Positions 37,997 to 51,626 of a stretch of 64,000 bases of DNA are shown one piece after another. The stretch comes from Adineta vaga. Lineage: Eukaryota > Animalia > Rotifera. Position 1 is the stretch's first letter; each line of letters begins with the position of its first letter. The stretch lies in the NCBI GenBank assembly GCA_021613535.1, contig CP075494.1:4216001-4280000 (forward strand), in the 5' to 3' direction. A program made the position numbers and the translations under genes. The notes under the pieces were generated by a model, which was not told the origin of the DNA, did no database searches, and saw only the letters and a list, made by a program, of their open reading frames with translations.

Positions 37997-39835
37997 ATGA
38001 CAAGTTTACCATATTCAAGTGTTGTTCAACCATTACTAACAGATCTTTATCAAATTTCCATGGCGTATGCTTATTGGAAAAATAATAAACATCAAGAACA
38101 ATCAGCATTTGATCTTTATTTTCGTAAAAATCGTAAGTAAAACTTCATTGATTTATTAAGAAGAAACGAGTTATTTTTTTCTTCTTCATAGCATTTGATG
38201 GTGAATTTACATTATTTGCTGGTTTAGAAGAATGCTTAAAATTTGTACGTGATTATAAATTTCATTCGAGTGATATCGATTATCTTCGAACTGTTTTACC
38301 AGGATATGTTGAAAATGAATTTTATGATTATTTAATAAAACTTGATATGAAAGATATTAAAATATATGCATTTCCTGAAGGTAAAATAAATCTTTTCGAA
38401 TATATGATTACATTTGTTTTCATAGGATCTGTCGTCTTTCCTCGTATACCATTACTTCGTATTGAAGGACCTATATTAAAAGCACAATTACTTGAAACAA
38501 CTTTATTAACATTAGTTAATTTTGCAAGTTTAGTTGCAACAAATGCAGCTCGATTTCGTGCAACAACAGGATCCGATAAAAGTTTCCATGAATTTGGTCT
38601 TCGACGTGCACAAGGTCCTGATGGTGGTTTAAGTGCTTCAAAATATTGTTATCTTGGTGGATTTGTGGGACATCGAATGTACTTGCAGGAAAACTTTTTG
38701 GAATTCCGGTTAAAGGTAAACAATCATATTCGAACGCAATGATTTATCTTTTTCTTCTCTATGAATTTGTTTTTAGGTACGCATGCACATGCGTATGTTA
38801 GCTCATATAACAATATGGATGATTTAAAAGTTCATGAACTTCATGATCAAACTACGAATGAACTTCGACCTTTTGCAGCATTATGTGTCAAATATTTAAA
38901 AGAACTTGCTCCAATCTTAGGATTTATTCCAGAAGAAGCTAATCAAGGCGAATTAGCGGCATTTATATCATATGCAATTGCTTTTCCAACAGGTTTCTTA
39001 GGTTTAGTTGACACTTATGATGTTTTAAAATCAGGTGTACCCAATTTTCTTGCTGTTGTCCTTGCTTTACATGAATGTAATTATCAAGCAATTGGCCTTC
39101 GATTAGATTCAGGTGATTTAGCTTATTTATCGTTGGAAGTTCGAGCAAGATTTACAAATGTTTCGGAAAAATTTAATATACCTTATATAAAAACGTTAAA
39201 TATTGTTGCAAGTAATGATATCAATGAAAATATATTACTTTCATTAGAAAAACAACAACATGCGATTGATACATTTGGTATTGGTACACATTTAGTTACT
39301 TGTCAAAAACAACCAGCATTAGGTTGTGTTTATAAATTAGTTGAAGTAATTTCTCATTAGAAATCGAATTAAATATATATTTCTTATTAACTTTCTAGTT
39401 AGAGGGATCACCACGTATAAAATTGAGTCAAGATATTGCCAAAGTAACAATACCTGGTCGAAAAAATCTCTATCGATTGTATGGTCAAGATGGCAAAGCA
39501 TTATGTGATTTAATGACAAAAATTGATGAATCTCCACCTACAGCTAAATCTCGCATACTTTGTCGACATCCATTTTTAGAGAAGAAACGTGCATATATCA
39601 CACCATCATCAGTACAATCTATGTATAATTTATATTGGTCTGATGGAGAAATCAAACATTCATTACCAACATGGGAAGAAGCACGAACATTTGCACAAGA
39701 ACAAATTCAATCATTACGAAAAGATCATATTCGTAATTTAAATCCAACACCATATAAAGTTTCAGTGACTGATGAACTTTATTCATTTATGCATCAACTT
39801 TGGATTGAGATGTACCAATCGGTGAACTCTCTTAA
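37997..39835 (+). pseudogene. NAPRT: Nicotinate phosphoribosyltransferase with two 1-nt deletions (pseudogene or sequence error); 5 exons
   Basis: [74 protein letters not shown]. Frameshifts at about 38665 and 39810. Confidence 0.85.
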
Positions 39836-40254
39836 TATTTCATTATTTAAACAAAAACTAAACTAAATAAATGTAGAGCTATATACACACATATGTAAGA
39901 TGAAACATTCAATATGATTATTTTTAGGAAGAAATACTCTATTCTCCATCTTACGACGGAAGATTTCTCGCACTAATAAAAAAGATTCTTATCTGATATC
40001 ATTATTTCATCTAATACTTCTTTTTAATCCTTTTCAAAAATATTATTCGCTGTTCTATTCTAAACAGTAAATCAGTCGATCAGGGTGTGGATATATCTTA
40101 TTCACCCACATCCACCTTCAAGATTTATACAGTTGAATAAAGACAATAATGTCTATTACAATGGAATATTATACTGAACTGAATGAAATAGTAAATAAAT
40201 TCTATTTCATTCTGCCTTTCATTCGAATTTAGATGTGATTTACAGAAAACTCAT

Positions 40255-41050
40255 TCACTTCCACTGTGGGCTATCAGTATTCCATTGGTGGTGAAAAAAG
40301 TATTCACTAAAATGAGATAAAGTCATAATATTGTCATAGGATAGGTGCGGATGAAAATACGAACTTGGCGAGCAACTATTACTCAAGAATACCCAATACG
40401 GGAAACTATCACGAACAGCTGAATGTTGGTCAACCGACATATAAGTGCTTCTATTTACTATACTATGAATAAATAATTGACAATAAGCATAAGCATTCAG
40501 TTGTTTTTCTTGATATAAACGCATTTAAGTTCAGTCCAAAGATACTCGATTTATTCGTCTTTGTTTTCCTTTTTTTAATTATTTTGTATATTAGAGAAAC
40601 GATGAAAGAGGACGAGGATGAGCAAAGAATTGATTATAAGATACATTCGATGAACAAGCACTTCAACAATCCCATTAGATAAGATACGATTTTCATTCTG
40701 GTTCAATGCTTCGGGTGTAGGTAAAGGTAAGTTAAAATATGTATTCAACAGATTGAGACAAGTCTTTTCATACAGACACTCGATTGAACTCCGAAGAAGT
40801 ACTTCGAGTTGTGTGCATCCAACAAGATATCCTTGAATAAAATATGTTGACGGTTGAGTACAGGTCGATGTCAAACAACTACAATTGTCATAATATTGCG
40901 CTTTCACATAGATTTTTAAAAGATAAGTTAAATTATTCAAAAGCGGATACCAATGCATTGCTTTATATAATACCACGAATTAATTGAAGATTATTCAAAT
41001 ATTGATCAGATAATGTGGTTTTAAACTCAACTATAACACGGTCTTACGAT
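40255..41050 (-). pseudogene. Degenerate fragment of a large Cys-containing membrane-protein family
   Basis: YDNCSCLTSTCTQP...GYLVGCTQLEVLLRSSIECLYEKTCL in a broken frame; no complete gene. Confidence 0.5.
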
Positions 41051-41664
41051 GAAACAGGAGAATTTACAGTTATTGTATCTAGTCCGAACTATCTTCAACT
41101 CTTCTAATAAATAATTCACTAAGAAAAATAATCATAAAAGTTGAATTTTAAAATAAATATCGAACTTTCACGGTTGATACTTGTTAGTTACATCAGATTT
41201 GCACTTAAAGAAGGATCTTGAGGGTGTGGATGGAATGCACAAGACATAATCATATTCTCACTCGTCATTGCCATTTAAACGCAAGATAAAGATGCACCAA
41301 ACTAGGTTTTAAAAGGTTTCTGTATAGTTGTTGTTAAACATATGATAGACAATTCTTCGTGACTAACACATGTTAACGAAACTTTTCGTTATTTTCTAAT
41401 CATTTTAATAATAAAATGAGATTAAGCAATCTACACTTCGACACTCTCGTTTTCACAAATAAAATGGTAATCTTTATTCTTTGGTATTCTGATAGAGAGA
41501 AGCTTGAACTATTAAAAGATTTTCCCATATCAAAGTGTATCACAGAGTGCAACGGTTAAATATATTCAAAGCTTTTCAGGCAATTAGTTTAAATGTCATT
41601 TACAACACAAAAGATATATATGATGTTGTTTTTTTGTATTTAAGCAAAGTCCTTTAAAATAAAT

Positions 41665-42660
41665 TTAATCGTGTGTTAAATGGTTTCTCCGAATAGCTTG
41701 AGGTGCAATGAATCGTTGTCGTTTTTGACAACAGAATAATTTGCTTAATTTTGTTTTGAGTTCAGGTAAAGTTCCTAAACAAACAAATGGGAAAAGAAAA
41801 ACAACATAATAAGAAAAGAAATAAGCATATGGCATATATTCCATCCCAATATTTCGTGATAAGCCTAATTCATATGAAATATTTATAAATACACCCGGTG
41901 CACTTATAATAAGAAATACGATTGATATTGATAGAATTTGTATAGCCATTTTTTTTTGTTTTCTCCACTGAAGTGTTCGATTTAAACGAGATTTTTGCCA
42001 AAGAATTCGAAAAAAAAGAGCGAAACTAAAACAAATTATAATAATTATTGGGATTAATTGATGACAAATAAGTTCCCATAGAGATACAATTGGATAGTAA
42101 GCATAAATACATGGATAATAAACACCATGCATTGGCAATTGAAAAAATAAACGTGGACAAAATGGAATAAATATGACAATTATATAGTAAAGGAAACTAT
42201 ATAAACTTATGCAAATTAAAGGAAAATAATGAATAAAGAAGCATCTCATTTTTGTTCCTAACCATCGATCATAAAAAATCAAAATATATCTTTCAATTGT
42301 TGAAAAAGAAAATATTAAAAATTGTGTACCATACAAACCATAATCAATAAATGACCAAAATAATGAAAAACTTTCTGTTACATGCCAATCTGTTCCATAT
42401 AAATAATAACTTAATATAAATGAAACATCAGTTAATTCATAAATTAGACAAATAAAGATAAGAATTATTATGGAATGATTATATAATGATTGACGAAGAT
42501 TTCGATCAAATAAAAAATAATACAGAACAAATAAACAACAACCTATTGAGAAAATATTTGAAAAAAGAAAAAGCCAAAAACGAAATCGAAATGAAAATAT
42601 CACATCAGGATATAATTCAGTATCTTCTTCATTTACTGACGTGTTGCTGAAGTTTGACAT
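41665..42660 (-). CDS. Class A orphan GPCR, paralogous to 26368-27405
   Basis: Seven TM segments; shared motifs LYNHSIIILI, ELTDV, IERY and WRKQKKMAIQIL. Confidence 0.85.
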   Translation of the reverse strand: MSNFSNTSVNEEDTELYPDVIFSFRFRFWLFLFSNIFSIGCCLFVLYYFLFDRNLRQSLYNHSIIILIFICLIYELTDVSFILSYYLYGTDWHVTESFSLFWSFIDYGLYGTQFLIFSFSTIERYILIFYDRWLGTKMRCFFIHYFPLICISLYSFLYYIIVIFIPFCPRLFFQLPMHGVYYPCIYAYYPIVSLWELICHQLIPIIIIICFSFALFFRILWQKSRLNRTLQWRKQKKMAIQILSISIVFLIISAPGVFINISYELGLSRNIGMEYMPYAYFFSYYVVFLFPFVCLGTLPELKTKLSKLFCCQKRQRFIAPQAIRRNHLTHD

Positions 42661-43572
42661 TTTTAATAATGAATGTATTCATTCTCTTTTTATGTCCACA
42701 TACAAACAAATCATTTTTGAATGAGTGCAAAATAAGATTATTTTTAGTTTTTAATTAATTTCTAACTTTCAGAGGCAAAACGTTTCAATAGAAAACGTTC
42801 TCATTTTTATATGAAGTCAGTTGAGATAGATATTAAATCATCATAATCTATTTATGATTGTCTTATTTTTATCCTTATAAACATTTAGTCTTTCTATTGT
42901 TGAACATCTTCACGGAGAAACGACGAATACCTGAGGTGATTATTCATGATTGTGTCAAACAAATACTAAACGATTTTTCTCGATAAAATCCTCTTCAATT
43001 ACAATGTGAATACTTTCGGCGAGAATCATTATTGAACATGTCTTAGTAAAAAACAAATTTGATTGAAGATTCAGAAGAAAAAAAATGCTAGAATTATTCT
43101 ATTAAAATATTTTCCCGTAAAGAACGTTCTCCAAAACCAAATTCGTGTAGTCTCTTCATAATACTAATAGAAAAGAAACTACTTCGAATTCTTGTTTAAA
43201 ATTGAAAACTAGAACGCGATGGTGTGGATGTAGATGGGCTTATAGACAAACAGTGATCATAATACCTACGCACTCTCTACATCTGCAATCACCACTGTTA
43301 CGTTTTTTGATTAATAATACCGATAGGACTAACTATGCTTTAAATAAATGATTTGAGTTGGGGAGAAACCGAAAAATATCATATCATATTCTAATATACT
43401 GTTTAATCCTTTTTTGATTTGAGCAAACAAATCTTTTTTTTGAATCATACAGTCATACTTTGTTTTTTACTCAGTAATCTTATGACACTTCCTTTTTCTC
43501 ATTTATTTGTCAGTATACAAGTATCAGTGGGTTTTATTTGCCAAAAACAATATTAAAACGATAAAAGTAAAA

Positions 43573-44091
43573 ATGTTTTTCAAAACTCTTTTCTTATTTA
43601 TTTATCTATCATTAACGAACTGTGACGCTATAAATAAAAGTCCATCATCTGATGTTTCGTTTATTCAAGCACACTATTTTTATTATCGTATGATTTCCAA
43701 TCCTTATTATACAAATATTCGAACGAATTTCAATACTATTCCGAAGTATACTAAAATAATGGATCTTCAATTTACATATAATCACTCAACACCTTTATTA
43801 TATGAATTACAATTTCAAGGTTCATGTTCGTCATTAATCAAAAACTATCAAACATTAATTCGATTTACATATGACAATCGATCTTATTCAAATGATTTAG
43901 AATTATCAAGTCCAATTGAAGGAATTGTTACATCATGTTCAAAATCTGGTAGAACTTATTTTCCAGCTGGTTATCATACAATTGATGTCGAAATTCAAAC
44001 ATTTGGTGGAATAAAAATATATTTTGGAGAATTACATGTTAAATTAACACAGTTTAACCCAACATCCCAAACTAATTTACAACTCTTTTAG
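43573..44091 (+). CDS. Small secreted hypothetical protein
   Basis: Signal peptide MFFKTLFLFIYLSLTNC and a beta-rich body (AGYHTIDV). Confidence 0.55.
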   Translation: MFFKTLFLFIYLSLTNCDAINKSPSSDVSFIQAHYFYYRMISNPYYTNIRTNFNTIPKYTKIMDLQFTYNHSTPLLYELQFQGSCSSLIKNYQTLIRFTYDNRSYSNDLELSSPIEGIVTSCSKSGRTYFPAGYHTIDVEIQTFGGIKIYFGELHVKLTQFNPTSQTNLQLF

Positions 44092-44816
44092 ATTGGGAAC
44101 ATTAAATTGAAGATTTCGTCACTATCATAGTGAGGATATGCAAATTGAATAAAATAAATTCTATAGGGTGGGGGTGCCGAATAGAAGACACTCTCATAGC
44201 TTCTGAAAGGAGCAATCTCAATAGGCTTTAAGATCTGTAAAAATTATAAGACTACACGACTGAAGACTACCGAAGCTATAAAAGTATTTGAGACGTTAAA
44301 GTGTCAAGTCGTAGTTTATTTATAGGCATATATATATATTAATGTCTAGTGTATATATGTGCCTATTGAATTCTAGTTCAACCTTTGAAACAGTGTACCC
44401 TTAACAAGAAAGAAAAGCCATGCAGTATGTACGAAGTCTATTAACCTGCTTCTTTGATTCAGTATGGAATGGATTAGCAGTGAGCAATTGAATATATGGT
44501 ATTTTCATCAGTTTCTTCGACGCTCCAAACACATCTTCATTTAAAGAACAGAAAGTAATTCTGGAATTCACTCCAACATTTGAAACAACAGCGAGCAGTC
44601 GGAAGTGGCGAGTAGTGATTTGTCATATAAGATTTCAAAAGGATACTGAAGTTTTTACAGTTTGTATGAAATACTCCTCACTGACAATATGACACATCTT
44701 TTCATGAGACTGCGCACAATGGAAGCTTTTAAAGCGCACTCAAAGAGCGTTATTTAATATAAAACTTTTATCTTTTTTTAGCGATAAATTTTGTAAATAT
44801 TTATTTAAAAATAAGA

Positions 44817-47800
44817 TTAGCACATTTTAACTAATGTTTCTAAATGATTTGTTTGATAACATGCAATAATCATATCCATCCATCCATCTTTATTTAAATC
44901 GTTGACAGCAAGTGAATAAGGAAGATATTGATATCCTAATGGATATGATATTTCATTTCCAAATGTTCCATTTCCATATCCATATAGAATTAAAATATTA
45001 CTTGTGCCAGCATTTGTAATAATAAGATCGAATTGTTGATCATTATTCATATCATTGATAACAATTGTATATGGATTTGAACGATCTCCAGTTGAATAAA
45101 TTGATGTGAGAACAAATGTTCCATTTCCAAAACCAAGAAAAATACTAATTGTATTACTTTCTGAATTTGTAACAACAATATCAGATTGATTATCTTTATT
45201 AAAGTCAGCTATGGCCACAGAATATGGTCCAGAATTGGTTCCCGTTGAATATGTTGTCATATTATGAAAATTTCCATTACCAGATCCAAGTAAAATACCA
45301 ATATTATCAATTCCATAATTAGCTACAACAATATCCATCCATTCATCATGATTCAAGTCATTCACAGCAATTGAATAAGGTTTTGATCCATCACCAGTAT
45401 CGAATTTCTTTATGCCTGCAAAAGGTTCACGACCATTAGCAAGAAAGATTTGAATATCATTTGATTGTGAATTAACAACAACAATATCTAATTGTTTGTC
45501 ATGATTAAAATCACCAAGACTAACTGCTTGTGGAATTGATCCTTTTCCAGTTGAATAAGCACGTCCTAATAGAAATGTTCCATCGCCAAATCCAAATAAA
45601 ACAACTATATTATCAATGCCAGTATTTGCGACAGCAATATCTAAGATATTATCATTATTAAAATCACCAACGCTATGATATGTTGGACCCGAACCATCAC
45701 CAGTCGAATAATAAACAGCGTTAGCAAAACTACTATTGCCATAACTAAGAAAAATACCTATGTATTCATTATTATATGTGGTTACAGCAATATCAAGATT
45801 ATTATCTTTATTAAAATCATTTATTGTTATCCATATTGGCCAACATTGATAACAAATATTATAGGTCACTTGTTTTGTAAAACTTCCATTTCCATAACCA
45901 AGAAAAATGATCATATTACTGATAAGATAGTTAACGACGGCAATATCTGCATGACCGTCATTATTTAAATCATTGATAGCAATTGCTCGTGTGCCAGAAA
46001 AATCTCCAGTTGAATATGTATCCATGAGAATAAAACTCCCATTACCTAATCCAATCAGAATACTTATGGTGTTAGTACCATAATTTGCTGAGACAATATC
46101 TGATACATTGTCATTGTTAACATCATCAACAGCAGCACAGACAGGACCGGAATGTTCTCCAGTTGAAGATGTTATCATAGGAGCAAATGTTCCATTCCCA
46201 AATCCAACAAAAATGCCAACACTACTTAGACCATTATTAACAACAATAAGATCTAATTGTTTATCGTTGTTCAAATCATTTGCAGTTATCATATATGAAT
46301 ATGAGTTATCTCCTATAGAATAGGACATTGAAATAACAAAACTTCCATTACCTTGTCCAAGAAGAATAACTAAATTAGAAGTTCCAGAAAAAACAACAGC
46401 AATATCAAGTTCATTATCATTATTAAAATCATTAACAACAACACTATATGGTGTTGTATGATTTTCAATCAAATAAGTATTTACATTCATAAAAGTTGTA
46501 TAATCAAATCCAAGAAATATTCCAATATTATCTTTTCCTTCATTAGCAATAATTAAATCATTTCTTTGATCATTATTTATGTCATTCATAACAATTGAAT
46601 AAGGATGTGAATCATCTCCAGTTGAATAAATTAATTGTTTAGCAAATGAACCATTTCCATATCCATAAATTAAACTCATTGTATTACTTTTTGAATTAAC
46701 AACAATAAGATCTAAATAATTATCTTTATTTACATCATTTGTAATCACATATTGTGGATAAGAATCAATTCCGATTTCATAGATCATTTCATTTGTCAAT
46801 GTACCATTATTTGAACCAAAACGAATACTTAAATTATCAGTTGCAGAATTAGCAATAACAACATCTGTTTGATTATCAAGATTAAAATCACCTGTCGCTA
46901 ATGAATATGGATGTGGAGCAGATCCTGTTGAATATGTTGATTGATTAGTAAATTTTGCAGCATTATATCGAGTTAATATTCCAACATAACCCGTACCCCA
47001 ATAAGTCGCAATAATTTCTAATTGATTATCATGATCAAGATCAGCGATCGCCAGAGCATAGAGATTTGAACCATATTTCGTTGAATATAATCTTGCAAGT
47101 TCAAAATTACCCTGACCATCATTGAAATAAATAGCAACTTCACTCGAACTCAAAATTGTCGCAGCAATATCGATATAATTATCATTATTAAAATCAATTG
47201 CAGCTAAATAATATGGTTGACCAATATTTTTTGTTGAATAAATAACTCTGCTCTTAAATGTTCCATCTCCATTACCGAAAGAAACACCTATGATTGCTGA
47301 ATTGATATATGAAATGGCAGAATCCAAATAATTATCTCCATTAAAATCAGCAAGAACGATCATAAAACCATCGTCAGAAATCTCAATCGGAATTGATGTC
47401 ATCAATGTAAAACTTCCGTCACTATGGCCTAAGAAAACACCTGGCATATCAGATATTGTATTTGCAAAGATAAGATCGGAATGATTATCGTTATTAGCAT
47501 CGCCAACAGTGATCCCAAATGGGCTACCATAAATATCAGTAGAATATGTTGTCATATTAGTAAAAGAACCATCACCCAATCCAAACCAAATAGTTATTGT
47601 TCCAAAACCGCTATTTGAAGAGACAATATCTAAATAAGTATCATTATTAAAATGACCAATAGTTGCAAACCATGGTTGTGATCCAATACCGCTCGAATAA
47701 GGAATAATCGATTCAAAAGTTCCATTATCTTTTCCAAGAAGAATACCAACATTATTCCCAGCAAGATTTGCAACAAGAATATCCATTCGATGATCATTAT

Positions 47801-49441
47801 TAAAATCTCCAATACAAAGATATTGTGGTGATGAATTTTCTCCAGTTGAATAAGAATTTCCTCGAATAAAACTTCCATTGCCAATACCATAAAAAATAAC
47901 GATATAATTATCATTAAAATTATCAATAATCATATCTAATTCACCATCATTATTAAAATCATAAATAACAACAGAACTTGGACGTGAACTACGTCCAATA
48001 AAATATTTTATTTCCCTAATTGATGGTTGACTATAATATCCTTTCAAAATCATAATATTATTTGTATTAGAATTAACAATAATAAGATCAGATTGATTAT
48101 CAGAATTTAAATCATAAGCATCAACAAATAATGGATTTGATCCACTAATTGAATCATAAGTTGTTAATGCGGAGAAATTTCCATCTCCATTTCCTGGTAA
48201 AATATGAATTTGATCATTAACAGAGTCAATAATAACTAAATCTAAATAATTATCTTTATTAAAATAACCAATATTAACATATTGTGGAAAAGATTTGGTT
48301 GATATTTCATATGTTATCTGTTTTGTAAATGTTCCATTTCCATAATTAATAAATATTCCAATATTTCCATGATTAGAATTTGTTACAATAATATCAAAAT
48401 ATTGATCATTATTTAAATCACCAATAACAATAGATGATGGATGAGAATTAGAATTTGTTGAATAAACAACTGGATTTTGAAATGTTCCATTTCCATAATT
48501 AAAAAAGATTTCAACATTATTTGTTTCATAATTAGTTACAACAATATCTAAATATTGATCATTATTTAAATCTTTGATTGCTAATGAATGTGGAAGAGAA
48601 TCATAACCAGTTGAATAGATGATTAATTTATCAAAAAATCCATCATTTTTACCAAAAAGAATACCCATATTATCTGTTCCATAGAAAATAACAGCTAAAT
48701 CGGAATAATTATCTTCATTCAAATCATTAGAATCAATAAACCAAGGACGAAAAGAATTTGTTGAGATTATTATTTGATCTTGAAATGTTCCATTACCTTG
48801 ACCAAAGAAAAGACCAATGTTATTCGTTCCATAATTTGCTACAGCAATATCTAAATAATGATCGTTATTAAAATGATTGAGAACAAGTGAATATGGTTGA
48901 GATGTTGATCCAGTTGAATATATTTCCTGATTTTGAAAAATTTCATCGTGGATCGAAAGAAAAATTCCAATAGTATTTGTACCAGTATTGGCAACAACAA
49001 TATCCATTTGATTATCATAATTAAGATCACCAATATCAATCGATCTTGGATGTGAACTATGAACAATTAAACTTTTCATCGTTTGTCGAAATGTCATTTG
49101 ACAAATGTGATCTTTAATAAATGAACAAAAGTTAGTTTATAAATTTGTTAGTAACTCACTTTGTCTTGGTACAGTATAATAAACAACTATGATTCCAATA
49201 ATCATTGCAATGCATGTGAATACTGCAAATAATACAAAAAGCAAAGTAGAACCAGTTTTCTTCCTATAAATGATAGAAGTTAATTAAAGTGAAGAAATAT
49301 TAATGAGAATACAAACTGTGCTTCTAATGATATGCCTTGTTCGTTTAAGGTTTCGAAATCATCAGAACTCATGTTTCTCGTAGTAGATTGATGCTGTTCA
49401 GCAGTTGAAGACTGCTCGGTTCTTACCACTTCGATATCCAT
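44817..49441 (-). CDS. Type II membrane protein with more than 25 FG-GAP/VCBS repeats; 3 exons
   Basis: Repeats of PYSxxxGDFNxDxxLDIxVxNxxxxNIGIFLGxGNGTF. Upstream exons give a cytoplasmic N-terminus and a TM segment (TLLFVLFAVFTCIAMIIGIIVVYY). Confidence 0.9.
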
Positions 49442-50499
49442 GTATAGATAAGATAAGTAAAAAATTTTAAAATGTGAGAAAAACAATTCAAGCTCTTTTG
49501 ATCGACTCTGTGGGTTTACTGTTCATAGTGAAAAAAAGAAAGAAAAAAAGAACTTCGTTTTATTTATTTATATAAATAGTCACCTTTTCTTTACTTCAAA
49601 GCTTCTTTTTTCTAAAACATTTTCTCTTATGATTGAATATTTTCATGTCAAATAAACAACGTCAAGAGAAAGTATATTCGTTATGCATGACAGAGTCGTT
49701 TTTTCGTTGGATCGATAATGTTGTGTCATATTTTCGATATAATAATATTGCTTCAGTTATATGGAAAAAAGGTTAAAGCAAAATAAATGACTAATAACGA
49801 AAAGCAATCTACGTACGACTATAGTGTACACGTGGTATTCTACGACGTATAAAACAAACTTGTAACTAACGCTCGTCACTACCAAACACATTGTTTTGTT
49901 CGATAGTTGCGTATTTCTTATTGTCTATTTAATTAAAATACGTTTTCATCAAACGTTTGATTTTGTTATATGAAATACTGGAAATAGATAAATAATCTTT
50001 TGAAGTACCCCGAATGCATCTCTTGGTCAAAAGTATAGTATGTCGGTGTGTGTGCGATTATAAAACGGGGATACATATCGTTCATACACACCCACACCCA
50101 TCAAATAGGTTGAATATCGTGTTTCACGTTCATCTAATGCGTCTTTTTGGTTGTTCATAATATTCATTTTAAGATTTATGTCGGAGTATGGGATTGGTGG
50201 ACCTGGGTACTGTCAAATTGTTTATAGATTGATATGACAGAAGTATTCCATGAATAATAAAAAATTCATTTGCAAAACAACAAACTTTATAATGAATAGT
50301 TAATAAACTACTTTTTTGTTAATCTGTCAGTCGAGGGTCCAGCGAATCACCCTCGACAAGCGTTATTTATTCTTTTAAGATTAACAGTATATACAATTGA
50401 ACGCTTCAAAACACAATGGAAGAAATATAATATGAGACATGGAGAGAAAAAAGAAAAAAAATACGATGAAAGAAAGCTTCAAATTCAGTGAACTATTGG

Positions 50500-51400
50500 A
50501 TTACGAAAGTTTCGACAATACAGGGGCGACATATGAAATGACCGTATTCAATTTTGTGTATGTTGGAGTAACACTATCTAATTTGCTCACTTGTACTTTT
50601 CCTTTGCCTAAAATGGACCCTAGGTCTTGATTAATGCCATATACTTCGCGTATTTGAGACATGCACTCATCAAAAAATATTAATCATCACCTATAAAAAA
50701 AATACAATAAGAAGTCGATATTGTTGAAAAAAACAATTCTCTCGTATTTAACTATAAGTGCTTTGATTTAAGCATTCATATCCTTTTAAATTCTTTTCTG
50801 AGAATAATAACCATCAACGTTTTTAGCGTAAACGAAAAAAAAACTATTGTAATTCCAGTTATCTTACCTTTTGTGCATTTTCAGAGTATATATACAATAT
50901 ACTTATGTCATCATTCTGTTCCATTGAGTTAAAACAATATAAAACATATAACAAATAATTCAGACTGGGCTTCATTTAATAGAGGGATACAAGGTTCATA
51001 AGCAGAAAACAGGAATCGAACCATAAGACCATCGTCATCCGGCTGATTGGATAGAGAGACGGAAATATATCAGCTGGATGTACTTCTACAACAATAGATC
51101 CTGAAGTAACGTATTTTTCTTTGTAAAGACCGAATGACTGTAAAACAGTAATTGCTTCATCGAAGTATTTTTGAGTTTATTTAGGAGCGACTGGACTCTT
51201 TGCGATTTTATGCCTATATATCGATAATTGTGATCAAACGTTAGATACTTGTTGGTGTTCCTATATTTGATCGAATTTGTCCACTGTTGATGATAAAACT
51301 AATAGCAGGTAATAACATTATAATGAGATATTCGTAAGGTATCTGACTGTCAGAATAAATATCATTAGCCATACTGCATGCATTTGCATCTACAATTTCC
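50500..51400 (-). pseudogene. Possible degenerate coding remnant
   Basis: Protein-like pieces (ECMSQIREVYGINQDLGSILGKGKVQVSKL; KYFDEAITVLQSFGLYKEKY) in broken frames. Family not recognised. Confidence 0.25.
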
Positions 51401-51626
51401 AACACATCATGTGTGTAAAGTTGAAAAAGAATAAAACTGGATGGAATAAAATAATATGGAGAATAAATGTGAAAGTGTATGGCTATAGTTATTCTAGTAA
51501 AATATATAAAGCAATATTTTACAACGTTTTAAGATCGTTTTTATTTTTCGTATTAGCAAAAGAAAAGATCATATACTACGTAGTAGGCAAATTCTCATTT
51601 ATATATAAAGTCAATGCATATGAATA

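Noticed and set aside
44322-44367. ATAGGCATATATA...TATATATGTGCCTAT hairpin
   Set aside because: Largely AT-dinucleotide self-complementarity, single occurrence.
45675-49066. Short alternative-frame ORFs inside the FG-GAP gene, and similar 60-100 aa ORFs elsewhere
   Set aside because: Shadow ORFs of real genes or AT-rich noise with no motifs.
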